NCBI GenBank assembly: GCA_030390025.1
Contig: CM059432.1
Location: forward strand, 70,248,001 to 70,312,000
Origin: Squalus acanthias
Taxonomy: Eukaryota
DNA: 64,000 nt
Direction: 5' to 3'
The translations under genes were made by a program, and so were the position numbers. Below, one piece after another: positions 49,534 through 63,434 of the stretch. The notes under the pieces are model-generated. The model searched no databases. It was not told where the DNA came from and saw only the letters and a list, made by a program, of their open reading frames with translations. The number at the start of each line of letters is the position of its first letter. Within the stretch, counting starts at the first letter, position 1.

Positions 49534-51199
49534 TTTGTCTGAAAAGTTGTTTCTTCTTCTTTGCCAAAAATGTATTTTTCCTTCAACAACTATTAACTCC
49601 TCCATGATTTGATTACTGCTCCCATATCTGTGGAGGCCCTTCCACCTGCTCTCCCACACTGCTTCTCAGGGTACAAAACAAACCTTGGCCCAAAATTTCC
49701 TAGCAGCCCATTCAACTGACACAAGTATAACGGAGCTGAACCCCTGTTCACCCTAGCCTGAAGCCAGCGATCTCATCCCAAATCCTGGGGATGGGGTCAT
49801 TTCCATGGCAGGGGTGGGTGCATTAGCAGCACCTGACCCGAACCTCCAGCTAGAATGTCAGTGTGAAGCCATGCTGCTCCGACAGCCGAGACTAGACCCA
49901 GTGCGAGCATCCAGGAGGGGTGACCAAAAGCTTAGTCAAAGAGGTGGGTTTTAAGGAGGGTCTTAAAGTGGGTAACTCCCTTTTTGCTCCTTCCAACAAT
50001 CTTCAGACTTCCAAAACCCAAACTTTCTATCGCCTAATCACTAGGTTCTGATTTACCTTGTCTTCCTTTTGGGTTTTTTCAACTTTGGTTGTGACCTACA
50101 TCATTGGCCTTGGCCTTTCATTTGGTTTCTCAACAAAAATACTCTTCTCATTGTCTTAAGAGGAAACGAACAAACCAATTTCTACCACTCAGGTGCAACA
50201 ATACAGATTCACCATTAAGGCCTGTGTACTACAGCTTGTGTTTAATATCACATGTACATAAAGCTAAAACAATAGGAGGCATTCATGAAGATACAGTTTG
50301 TATGAAATCAAAAATGAAGAAAAGCGTTATAGACATTATCTACATGGAAGCAAAACACGTAACCTATTTCAATGGCCAAATAACATTCAGTTATCTGGCT
50401 GAAGCAAAAGTAAGTTTTTGTACCTGCAGAAGATTACAAAATCCTGGTAGAGATCACAAAGTATTTCTCTGATCACTGCCATAGAGAACAACACTTTTAG
50501 ATCAGACATGCTGAAGATGCCTTTTTTTCCATGTGGGATGGAACAGTGGAAAATATTGTGAACTCGATGTTAGCTTTGACTTTCACTGTATTTCATTGAA
50601 GATTTCTAGAAGCTTCCTACAAGAACAACAAACCCCTTTAGTCAAAAATCATATCAAACAGGTAAAATTTGGTACTTGGAAAAGTAAAAGTCTTGGGCCC
50701 AAAATTCCACCTACATCTCCGACGTAGCTGCCAGAGGAGACCAAAAAAAAGGGCGGGACCTCATTCTGTCAGGATTCTTCCCTATGGAAAAGTGGGTAGA
50801 AAAATCTGGTGGGTGGGAGAGAGAAGATTTTCTGCTCATTCCCACCACAAAAGGGGGCGTGTCTGGGGAGTTCTTGGGCTTCCCCAGGAAAGTCCTCCCA
50901 TACACTATCTGATTGGTCCAGTGGATCCCATGCCTGCTGAGAACAGCTGTAGGTTCTGTTATGGGCCTTCCAAATGACCCAAAGTGCCTGAAGAAAAAGG
51001 TAATCAATTCTGGAGGGGAGTGGCATGGCGGCACTGTAACATTCCAGATCTGTCCAGATGTGCGCTGCTCATGCACTCACCTCAAACATGCTAATGACCC
51101 TGTTCCCACAATTTGTGACAAGGCTGGCATCCCTCAGAATTGATAGACATAGGCCCTATTAATATTTCTATGGATAATTTATGTTTATAATTGCACATA

Positions 51200-51420
51200 T
51201 TTTCTGTCCAGCCCCCAAGCTCTGGAATTCCCTCCTTAAATAACTCAAAATCTCCACCTTCCTCTCCTCCTTTAAGACCCTCCTTAAAACCCACCTCTTT
51301 GACCAAGTTTTTGGTCACCCCTCCTAATATCTCACTCTTTGGCTCAGCATCAATTTTTTTCCTTGGGAAGTTTTTCCATGTTAAAGGATCTATATAAATG
51401 CAAGTTATTATTGTTGCTGT
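51200..51420 (+). mobile_element. L2 LINE 3' fragment
   Basis: cccaagctctggaattccctccttaaa...taagaccctccttaaaacccacctctttgaccaagtttttggtcaccc...tatataaatgcaagttattattgttg. Confidence 0.75.
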
Positions 51421-52274
51421 TGTATATGTAACATCAATGAAGAACTCATGTCCCCAATGTAACAAGCTCATTTCCACATTTTTTTTTAGTCTTGTTCAAA
51501 TATTAAGTCTAAAAATATTGGGCTGTGATGGCCCCCTACTAACCTATTATTTCTACCAAGCTCTCATGAGTAAAATGATGGTTTTGACATATCAGAAGCT
51601 GCTTATAATTGTAATATTCAAATCTGTCTCACAACAAATTAGCACAAAAGAATAATATATGGTGTAATTCTCTGACTGCACTCCAGAGAGTGCAAATTGA
51701 AAAATAAGGAGGCTGCGCACAATTTTCTGGCCATTAATTGAAATGATCAGAAAGTCATGCGCAGGGCATGCCCAAATTTTAATATGCACTGTTGGCAAGT
51801 GAGGTTCCTTGTCGGAAGCACACAGTTGGAAAATTATCCCTCAACCATTTTGTGCTTCCAGCATACAGTGCTGGTATTGATTTGTTTATTGATGACGCTA
51901 ATTTGACTTTTAAACTTGTTCAATATTCCAAATGTTCTCATAATGTTGTTTGATTTCTTGTTATTCAAACATAGCAAAAAGATGTCTTGATGATAAAGTG
52001 CAATAGCAAAACTTGAGCAATTTAACACAACCCATAACTCATTGCAAGATTATAGTTTTTGCCCTCCACATTTTTCCCCCTGAACCATTTCCAAATGTTT
52101 CCCTGTAGGTCACTTAAATTGCTTCAGAAAAATAGCAACAGCACAGGAAGAAGTGATACAACAGTCTAGAAACAAAATCCATTATTACATTGCATCAAGT
52201 GGAAGGATCAGTTTTACACAACTTGAATAATTAAAATATATTTGCGTGAATATTGACATTTTTATTTATATTCA

Positions 52275-52445
52275 GTCTTGGGATGCGGACATCGCTGGCA
52301 ATGCCAGCATTTATTGCCCATCCTTAGTCGCTCTGAGAAGGTGGTGGTGGGCCTTCTTCTTGAACCGCTGCAGTCCGTGTGGTGTAGGTGCTCCCAGAAT
52401 GCTGTTAAATAAGGAGTTCCAGGATTTTGACTCAGCGACAATGAA
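52275..52445 (-). mobile_element. 3' fragment of the 38540-41130 LINE family
   Basis: Reverse complement of ~40960-41125 (tgggatgcggacatcgctggcaatgccagcatttattgcccatcc...). Confidence 0.85.
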
Positions 52446-55400
52446 TAAATAGATATACACTTTGAACATAACCAAACCTACCATAATGCAAAGTGTCCAG
52501 TTACAGAATGACTAATGAATGTGAGTTGCCTTGTGCTGTGGAGAGTCAAAACTTGCACATTGACTTTAGTTAACAATTTTATTATTTAATAGCTGCACTT
52601 AAAGTCACACAATATGTTAAAACATCAGAGGCTGCTATGAGTTACATTTAATTTGCATTTTAGCACCATTGTACCAGCAGTTTTGGTAACTTGTACTGAA
52701 ATCATTAATGATTTACTTTGATTCATTTATAGAGTTTTAATAAATCCAGCTTCATTCATTGATTTTGATTGTAAGACTATTGTTACAGTTTTTATGCTTG
52801 CTTTTTAGTATGTACCACAAGATTGCTATAGTGGTAACTAAGAAGCACATGACTTCTTGGTCATATGATTTAAGTTACATTTATTTTTACACTCTAATTG
52901 TAAATAGTGGTCAGTCTGGTTCTTTGCAATTTTTATTTATAAATTTGCCCTCTGTTCCAGATTAATGTGACCAAATGTAATTAGAATGTTTCCAACATTT
53001 TACTCCTCTTACATAGACAAAGGTACTGAATCTGTGAATGTGTTGTATTGTAGTTGCTATTTTCAGTCGTGTGATAATATAATGTGATGACAGTGAAGGA
53101 TGACAAGTAGAGATATGGAGAAATATTGGGTCTGCAATGCTGACAAGAGCTTCGTCTGCCAGAAGTCCATATTGGAAATTTGGGCACGCAATTGCCCCGG
53201 ATTCTTCAACCATTTCTACTCCTAAATTTCCAATATGTAGTCCCAGTGGGCGAGGCTCTCCACCAGCAGCACAGACTCATAAAATTATCCCACAGTCTCA
53301 TCCCACTTTACTTGTTTTACTGTGAAATTACTTATAAAATGCATTTAAAATGAGGTCACAACATGATTGTTTTAAATTACAAACCACTGTTCTTTTTATC
53401 CCTGACCTGATTTAAATTATTCCCCTGCTATACATGGTTTTAATAGGAGTCTGAAACATAGCTCAAAAAAAACCCCACAGATAAGCAGCAGGAGTGCTAT
53501 AATTGACCTCAGTACCTATGGGCATAGAAGAAATAAAATCTCCCAGGATTCCCACTCCTGTTTGCTCTCCCATGACATTTACCAGAAAGTACACATGTAT
53601 AGACATCAGGTAAGAATAGGATCAGGCTCAGCGGCAATGCTCCCGTAGTTCGAATAGCCTGCCGACACTCACTGTCAAGGCTGACATGTGGAGAAAAATG
53701 GCCACTTGAGTGAGGTACCAAAGGGTTGCCGCCACTGGAGAACCATAGTCCAGCATAGGTCAGCAGCTTCAGGAGACAGCGGAGAAAATTTGTAAAAGCA
53801 AAATTGAAAAAATATGCACACGCAAACATGAAAGAGCACTATAAAAGTAACAGCTTATGCTGCCCTGCAAAGCATTTGTACAGACATTACATTTTGTTCT
53901 TTTAATACATTGTTTTAACGAAAGACAAATCATGATTTGCATCATCATTGCCAACTTCAGCAAAGGAGTGGCAGCCATAAAAACGAAGTAATGAAGGCCT
54001 AACTAACAGAAATAATGCTATAATGGGCACAGTCAAAATAAATAATTGTGTGCTGTCATTGTCTTTTGTGTAAAATGTTTTTCATGTAAAAATATTCATA
54101 AGGAATTTTGTGATATTCGAGAGTTTTGATATGGTTGTACTAGTAGCTAATTATGTACATGTTTGCACTTCAACTTAACCTTTGTATTGTCTGTTTAAAT
54201 GGTGGTCCATTTTGTGCTGTGAATGTAAATGTGTGCACCCAAAAATGATGTATGATACATTTAGTAACAGATTGAGTCATGTTGTTTTGTTTCATTTGTG
54301 AATCTGTTTTTGTGCTTTTTCGTTTCTCATAATATATTGTATAGTCACTTGTAAATATGCATCTTTGATCATTCAGATTTTTAGTTTTGTTTAAATATGC
54401 ATTTTTCACCTTGAATAGTTAATTCCACTATCAGCTATGCAAAACAGCAAAACGGTAAAACTGAAGCGTTTCTAGATGTGATTTCCCTTTTTATTGAGCT
54501 ACATGCTGTTATACAGGTATGCTTTTTTTCTTTTCCCTGTCAAAAATTTTGCCACCGATATTGTAGGACCTTCTTTGGTAAAGTTACAACACAAGAAGTA
54601 TAAATGTATTGTATAACGTGAGGAAATTAAAGCAGTCATCAAATTTTGTAACTAATTGCGAGTGGGTGGCCTTTTTAATTTGGTGCATCAGAAGTCCCCG
54701 TTAGCTATGCATTCTTGCTGAGTAATGTATAATTACTCTGATGTGAAATGTACAGTGTATTTTGTGTTATTCAGGTCAGTTATAGTGGACATTTTACATT
54801 GATGCAAAGTGATTCTTGCTTTTATATATATATATATACACATGTATATAAAATGTAGTATAATTGCACTGTGAAGTTGCTTAAGTCAAATTTAGGCAAC
54901 TTCACACTTGAAGTGGTAGTCTCAAGCCACTTTATACCGGCCATAGTACGACTGCAGTATAAAGCAACATTTCCCAGGGCTAACTGCATGGAAACTTATT
55001 TAACATAATTTTTCACCTTTTTAATGTTAGCACAAAGATGACTATCCTATGAGCTCTACACTAGCACTGCAATTTAACTGATAGTTGGATGCCTATGAAT
55101 GAAGCTCTGCACATGCATATTCACACACATGTGCAGAGTTCTTTTGGCCAGAGATTTTTCTGGGCAGAGAGTGATGCCGAGTCTGTCGTATATAGCTCAG
55201 TACTGCTGGTCCTGCATCACTTTTACCATGTACTGCTGTGAAAGCAGAATCTGTAGCAGAGCTGCATCCTCACAAGAATAGTTTCCATTGTTCAAAATCA
55301 AAAATTCAAAACTCAATTATTTTGAGTACATCTCCTTGGAATTACAGTCTTCTGAGAAACTTTTATTTTTCTACTGATGCTGCAGTTATCAGATTCTTTT

Positions 55401-56138
55401 GAAAACCTTTGAGCCTTAAATATATCCTGGTCATGTTGATTACCAGGCCAGACTATGAATAAAAATAACATGGCAGAGACATTGTTATGATTTATATTAT
55501 ATTGTTAGTGACGTTAGGGTTTGTTTTATTATAGTTATCAAATTACACTTAATATTAAATCTCCTTAATATGCATTATTAGAAATCTAATCTAAAATTTA
55601 GTATTCATCTAAAATATGAAGTTAAAGACTTGTTTTTCTAATTCTGTAACAAGGTCAGCTGTAAGACACTGTATTGGATAGTTTAATTCCTCAACCATCT
55701 TTTTAGATGCCATTATAAGTTCCAGTACTAAGATTCCAAGTCCAATTCTTTTAGATACTTACAAGGGGCAATGTCTATGTGAAAAATGTTTTGTAACCCT
55801 TTTTTCATTTGTTTGCAAATACACAATGCATAAAACACTGCCTCATAACAGCATCTGGACAAAATGCAGCATGGCTAGCCTGGCATTTCTCCCACCCGAA
55901 ACAAAAAAACAAGGTTTACCAAATACTTTTTCATGAAGACAGTGCCTTAAGATAATACAGATTATAGGGTGGAATTGTTTCACTCTAAAATGAAAAATAC
56001 AAAACCTGGCGGAAAAATCACTCTAAAATAAATATACATTTTGTCATGCTAAAATGGTACCAAAACATTACAGTCATTAAAAGCAAAATTGAAGAAGCAT
56101 AAAATGAGGAATATACAGTGGAAGGAAGGAAACACAAA

Positions 56139-56787
56139 GGCCAGAATTTTCCCCTAAAAAAACGGGTGGGTTTGGAGCGTGGGGGCAGTTAAATTGTTAA
56201 AAATGGGATTCCCGACCTGATCCCACCTCCAACCCGCCCACTTCCGGTTTTGCCAGAGGCAGGGCGGGACGGGGGTGTGGGGGGCGGGGGGGGGTTGGGG
56301 GGGGGGGTGGCAAGAGACCAACCAGCTCCTAGGGTACGGTACCGTAATTTAAATATTGTAATGAGGCTGGAAGCCTCTTTTTCCCCATCCATTTTGTGTT
56401 TAACTGCATGTGAAACCCGACAGTTAAACAGATTCGGGGACTGCTGCATCCAGGAGGTAAGTGGCTTTATACCTACCTCCTGGATCCAGGGTCCCAACCT
56501 AATCCACCCCCCGCGATCAGAAACCCCCCCCCATGAGGCCTCCAATCACCTTCCCAGGCAAACCCCCACCACCCCCCCCCCCCCCACCCCCGGCATCCCC
56601 CCCCCCTGCCCTCCCACCCAATGATGATTATGAGGCCAGCCACAATCCTCTGGTGGCCGACCCCGATCTTCTGGCCCCTCCGGTAAAGTTGGCAGTGCCT
56701 GCGGGAAACCTGGCCTCTCGGGTTTCCCGCCCATCTCGGACCCCCCCACCCTGCCTCCAACCCACCCCCCCAAAGAAAATTCCGGCC
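56139..56787. mobile_element. Harbinger-type MITE with poly-G/poly-C tracts
   Basis: TIR GGCCAGAATTTTC / GAAAATTCCGGCC (12/13 match), TSD AAA at 56136-56138 and 56788-56790. Confidence 0.85.
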
Positions 56788-57250
56788 AAAGTGTACAGAA
56801 TGTCGTCTGTGAATTCCATTACTTTTCTTTAAAATTGAGAAACCTAGCTGTTGGGCAAGGCTCATAGTGCAGGTTACCGCCAATGATGAAAAGATTAGAA
56901 GAGATGTTTAGGTGATTCTAAGCTTGGGTTCTAAAAGCCTATAAATTATAGGACTAAGGGGAGACTGAATACAGCCTTATATATAGTTTTATACACACCC
57001 GCACGCATACACACAGACACATTCATATACATACACACTAGTTGATCTCCCAAGAGCTTCCACATGTGAAGTCAAGACCAAGTGTAGTCTTCAGATGAAG
57101 CAGGGTTGGGAGGGAATTGTTGGAACGGGACACACAATGTAATTTAGACCCTATTTTAAAGTCATACATTCAGTCCTTATTTTTATATTTCTATTATAAA
57201 TTCTGATGTCCACATTTATAATAAAAACTGCCTATGTAAACTTGGTACAC

Positions 57251-57390
57251 TGTGAGAAGTTGCACAACACCAGGTTATAGTCCAACAGCTTTATTTGAAA
57301 TCACAAGCTTTCGGAGCGCTGCTCCTTCGTCAGGTAAAGTGAAGAAATACATATGGGCACAGCATATATAGTCAGAGAACAGTGCCAGAC
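57251..57390 (-). mobile_element. Penelope pLTR fragment with hammerhead motif (57301-57337)
   Basis: Near-identical to 11632-11770. The reverse complement contains ttac-CTGACGA-aggagcagcgctcc-GAAA-gctt-gtga. Confidence 0.88.
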
Positions 57391-59215
57391 GACTAGTCAT
57401 AGGAAGTATAAAAATAAGGTTATGTTTGACTTTAAAATGTGGATTGAATTGCATCTGGGGTACCTGGTCCAATTATCCCCCTACTCTCTAACCCCAATTC
57501 ATCTGAAGACTACACTTGTTCTTAAGTCCCATGCACAGTGCCACGGGAGATAATATACAGATAATATAATAAATACATATATAAAATATACAGTATTCAG
57601 AGGAATATGCCAATCAAAAGGGAACCTGCATTCTTGACTTCAGACTTTACTTGTTATATCTAAAGGCATAGGTTAAGAACAAACTTTGATTCTGAAACAG
57701 TAGTTAATAAATCCAAATTAATATGATGTTATTTGCCATGTAAACTAAACTCAAGGTGAATGTGCCATTTATGTACTGTATTTTTTGTGCTGCAGCAGAA
57801 TGATTTTTTTTGTAATATATTGTACATTATAACTACCTCAACAGTGGTTTACTTTATGCATACAGTTTGGAGATTCATTTTGTGGTAATTCGTTCAAGAA
57901 TGGACTTTGCATTTTTCAATCACTGATAATATTTTCTTTGTAAGTTTTGTTGAGACTTTTAATGTGAGTATTTTCTTTTAGGCAGCATTGAGTAGTGTGC
58001 AGATACATGACAATGGGGTAGATTTTCAACTTGCTACCTGGGCATAAAGCTGACATTGCGGATCAGCCGGCCGTTATAGAAACTTCCCGATTAGAAATGA
58101 AAATTGAGTGGTTTCTATGATGGGCAGCTGATCCACAACGCCAGTTTTAGGCCCACCCATAAATTTACCCCATGTGTTCTGTTTCACAATTGTAATTAGG
58201 TTTACATAGGAAGTAGAAATCAAGAGATGTAACATTACATACTATATCTGCCATTACATGAACATTTTACCTTTTTATATATTTCAACAAATTTTACATT
58301 CCTTACGCTATAAATGTAACTAATGTTTCTTTTTATGTCTGAACATACACCCTTCAAATCCTAATAATGTCAGCTATACAGAAAGGATTTATATTTCAAA
58401 ATATATTGCCACTTGCCAAATATTAATATTCTGATCTCAGTGAGCTATTTATTGGTCTAAAAGGTGCTTACTATGCTTGATTCTGAAAGTGCTTTTTCAT
58501 TTCTCGGTAAGTACATCAGCCGATCAACCTTAAACACCTAGTGAGAAGATAGAAAATTATGTTTCTGTTTACACAATAGTATGATGAACACTTAGGTCGG
58601 TGCAAGTACCATAGTGAAAGATGCAGTAGAAAAACAAATGTGCTTTTAGTAACCCTCTTATAATACACCTGGAATTGTGTGGGAAGAAAAGATCTTACTG
58701 TGAATAATTAAAAACCGATTGAAAATAATATGATCCCTTTCTATCAAACATTCCTTTAATAATACAGACTGCAAAGATTGGTACTGGCTAGTAACTGCTA
58801 ATGTAATGCTATTCAGCAATAGAACAAGTTGTATTGAACACAAAAGTATCAGAATGTGCATTGTGTATTTATTATTTTGACTGTAGAGTGAGTTGAATCA
58901 TTATGGTGATGGAAATATAAGGTAGTATTTCAAATAAGTATTAGTTCATACTTGTTTAGTTCTTCTTGTAAAAGTAAAGAATTGGAATACTTGAAATTTT
59001 GTATACTGTATCTCAAAATTTTTGTACACTTTTTATTTTACTGCAGCACAAGGTACCAAAATCATTGAATAAATATACTGTGGCCATTTTAGCAGCTGAA
59101 TTTGGTTGTCTGTGTCCTTTTTGATATCTAATGCTGATGACAATTCTACAGTTTCTAGTGGGCAAGAAAAAAAAGGGTCTGCAGATTGTTTTGATCTGAA
59201 ATTGACTTTCCACCT

Positions 59216-59496
59216 GGGACCTGATTTGCCAGAAATTATTCCAGAAATATTAAGGCACAGAAAGTGATTATGCATGGTAAGGGTCACGTACTTGTGCATG
59301 ACCCCCCCCTTGCTGTGCCAAAGGCTTTTGCCATTAATTTCCACAGGAGTTTTCCTGATTGTCAGTTGTAACTTCGGTGGAAGATCCGCGGAAACCCTGG
59401 AGAAACAGCGCATACATTGTTTCGCTGGGGTTTTCATGGATCTTTCACCGAAGCCACGACAGAAATGTGGGGAACCCCCATGGAAATTCTAACCCC
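59216..59496. mobile_element. Short MITE-like element, related to ~47870-48280
   Basis: TIR-like end ggaaattctaacccc. Shares gtaact..ggtggaagatc.g.ggaaacc.tgg with 47955-47990. Confidence 0.45.
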
Positions 59497-62400
59497 TTAT
59501 GCTTACATTTTTTGGGAGTCTTTCCCCAAGTTACCATAATGTCAACAGGTAAGCTAATGATTGCCTATGTGCTTTGCCTTGCTATAAGCTACTGTCCATT
59601 CTTCTGCCTATCCTGCTGCTCATGCATAATGGGTGACAAGCATACCTAGTGCCAATGTTCTACAACACTGGATCTGATTTAAAAAGAGACACTGGTGTTG
59701 ATTTCTTGAGCACTAAAGTCAACCATCATTATTCTGAAATGCAAACTTGATACTTGAGGAAAAAAAGACAAATTATAAGGTAGTTTGCAATCAATACTTA
59801 GAGGGTTTTGACAAAGGGGTTACTTATTTGTTCTCTCCACAGATGCTAAATGTTTCCAGCATTTTCTGTTTTTCTTTTAAAGGGTTGTATTTAACTTGCT
59901 AAGTATCACTATTAGGTTGGCCTTCTAACAACATTGGACTGAGTCTGTGAGCAAGTTCTTAAAATAGCAAAACTGTAAATGCATTAATAAAGAAATTAGA
60001 GATTTGGAATTTGTACTTTCAGCTTCTACAATAGTTAATTTATTAACTTACAGTTCACTTGCATTCTGAAGTCTATCAAAGTGGAAGGAAAGTTTGGAGG
60101 GGGTTACTTTTGTTCAACGTTTATTTGATTTTTTTTTAAAGTAACATCAATTACCTTATCTGCATGGAAATCCTCAAGTTAAATTTTCAATTCTAGATAT
60201 GTCACTGATAAAGAGTGTTCCCGTGCATCCTAAAGCAGGTCCATAGGAAACAGTGGGGCTGTGACCTCAGACCAGCCTGACAACAATTCTGCTCTACCAT
60301 GGGTACCCTTTAATCGGCTATAGAGAAAATGGTGTCAGTTAATGTTAATTATATGAAAGCAGTTGACCATAAAAATATAGATGTCAGGAGAACAATTCAG
60401 TCAGGAGATGGGAAGCAGAAGAAATTCATTCTAAAATCAACAAATAAATTGCACCATTGGCAACATTTTTTTTAATACTTCTTTTCATGTTGTACTTTTT
60501 GAATCAATGTGATTACATCACTGAGAATCAGCTCTCACATTATATAGCTCAATAACTGGTATTAATAACAGCCAAAGGGAAAAGTAAGTATACATTCAGT
60601 GATTATCACTGCTGGCCAGCACTTTTTTACATGTGATCCAGCTATAAGACGTTGCTTCAATGTTTACACCATTATATTTTATGAAAAGCAACAACTTACC
60701 AAACCTTCTGTACTTTTTTCTACAGAAGGGTTTGATGATTTTTTAATTGACTATTCTTTGTCATTTCAATCCGACAGTAAAGGCCAAAGTTATTTCATCA
60801 ACACTGCTGGGAGCCCCTTCTATCTATGAAGATAACCTCGAGATGGTTTATGAACTCAAATGTGACACACATGCCTGTTAGAGCAACAGGTGCCCACTTG
60901 CATTTTCTTTTATGCTGGCCGTACAACAGAATGTATTGGCTCTGCAAGGTCTAACATGATTGTGCAGATTCACGAGACAGTACCGCACAGATGCACTGAT
61001 AGATTATGTATGGTGTCTGTGTGGGACATCATGGTGACATTTATTCATAATCCTGGCTGCATTTTGAAGCTCAGTATATTTTCAGCTGTTGGTTTCAGAG
61101 AGACTAATTTAAGGCTATGCTGTTTGTTTAAGCAATTATGAGAATTTTCAAGTTAACTAACAGAACCTTTTTTAATCCACCAATCTATTCAATGTGGAAC
61201 AAGTTAAATGCTGCAATCAGGTGCTCTGCCCTAAAACATATGCCATGAGCTTCACTATCAAACTGCCATCTTGGGTGGTCCCTGGCAGAGGAGTGCCTAC
61301 TTCAAGTTTGACAGTCACATACTACAAATTCTGTTCCAATTGATGTGATTATTAGCATTATTCAGCATAAAATTAATCTCATTAATATTTTTTTATACCA
61401 TTGCAAAAACAAAATTATTCCAGTTCTTTAATTTGTACAAAATCTTTTAATTTATAATTTTAAAATACAAATAAACAAAACAACTTATTCCTCATTAGCT
61501 TCATTTACAATCCAATGTTTGCAGTCAATCTCAAGGTCCAGTCATGTATTTTTTTAAAAAAAAGAACATAATGGAGAATTAAAGGACAGCTTGTGTTGAG
61601 ATTAAATGAATATAAAAGACACATAATCAGAAAAGAAAAAAAGCTGTTCTTGCAGAACACAAAAAATTAATTCCATTCCATTTTAGACCAAATTAGTTAC
61701 TATGGTACGAAATTATCAAGAATAATGACGGGATGTATGGAAATAAATCTTGAACAAGATTGCTGTAAACCATAGAACTAAAGTGGCACTTACAATATAT
61801 AATTTACAGAGTATAGATCAAAGAAATTGTTAAGGACCCATTCCCGCTGTCCAATTTCTAGACTTCTTCAGTTGTCTGCACTCACTCATGCCTTTTAATA
61901 TTATTTTTAAAAGTAAGAAAGAAAGACTTACATTTATATAGCGCCTTTCACAATCTCAGGATGTCCTAAAGTGCTTTATGACCAATAAAGTAGTCACTGT
62001 TGTAATGTAGAAAATGCGGCAGCCAATCTGTGCACAACCAGGTTCCACAAACAGCAATGTGATAATGACCAGATAATCTTTTTTTTAGTGATGTTGGTTG
62101 AGCGATAAATATTGGCCAGGACAAATGTAGTAACTGAGTAATAATTCAGTGCACAGTAGGGCAATAGTTACACTGCGGGACCAAAAGACTTCTTCCCAAT
62201 CCATGGTTCTCACATTCTTATAAGTTTGACCCTGAACGTTTCTGAGATCAACAGAAAGATCTGGAAAAGTTGCAACAAGATACCAGGAGATTTGCAATCA
62301 TCTAATGTATGCTCAAATAGCCATTGTTCAGCAACTGTGTAAAATTGTGGGTAGTTTTGCACTATGGGTCTACTCCTATTTGAAATTGGGTCAAGACTGT

Positions 62401-63434
62401 CCACAATCATTCTCATAAACTATTAAGAGCCATAAAATAAAGAAGACTTTCATCCCTTCATTCCGGCTGGATTTGACTTCACTGGCAACTCCTGTGACCC
62501 TGCTACAATCACATCAGCTCCACCAGATCTTTTCAGAGGTCATCCTCATTTGCTCTACTCTTCTGCATAACATTATGCCATAATGAGTTAGGAGCAAGGG
62601 GTGGCTTACCTCTGCAGCTTGCCAAACAGGCTACAATATTCCATCAGTGGCATTTAAAGTATCATTTACATTGAAACTATTGACAAAGGCAAATAAAGCT
62701 ATGCTTTTTGTGATATCTCATCTCTTCCACTCACTTTTCCAGCCATCTTGTTATCCCTAGTATAGTTCTGATGTGATTAACAAGCTAAGGAGCTGAATGT
62801 TTGTAACTGATGGGAAATTATTACCTTTTAGAAGAGAGGCAGTGGCTAACACTGTGCTCAAAGATAACTTGGTTTTCTCAGTAATGAAGATAACATGCCA
62901 TAGCTTCTTCTACTTATGGAATGTCCAATTTAATAATAAGAATAGAAGAAATGAAAGTGGATGGTAAATGGTCAGCAGTAAGAAAAAATATAACTGCAAA
63001 AGTTGGCAGCAATAAAAAAATGGCAATTTTACTATGCTGCAAAATGTATAGTGAGAATTAGAGCCACAAAACATAAAAGCTGATGAACCTAGTATATTTG
63101 TGAGGGCTATGAGCTATATCTTAATCTCAAATCTGAGGTACTCAGAACCCCTCAATGGCATTATAACTTGTAAGCACTCCCAGCCATTCATCTATATATG
63201 TAAAAGTAACACACAATATGGAAACTATAACCAAAAGTATTTTGTGCTGTAAATACTATTATGTAATACTATAAGTAGGGTGGGAGAAGGCTCGTGTGTA
63301 GTGTAAACACTGGCATAGACCGGTTGGGTCGAAAGGCCTGTTTCTGTGCTGTAAATACAGTGTAATACAATGTAAAATATGTGTGGCAGCTACATTGGCA
63401 AAACTTGACTGAAACTGAGTGCCACAGGTGAGTT

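Noticed and set aside
56189..56883. Pro/Gly-rich overlapping ORFs
   Set aside because: They arise from poly-G/poly-C tracts in a MITE.
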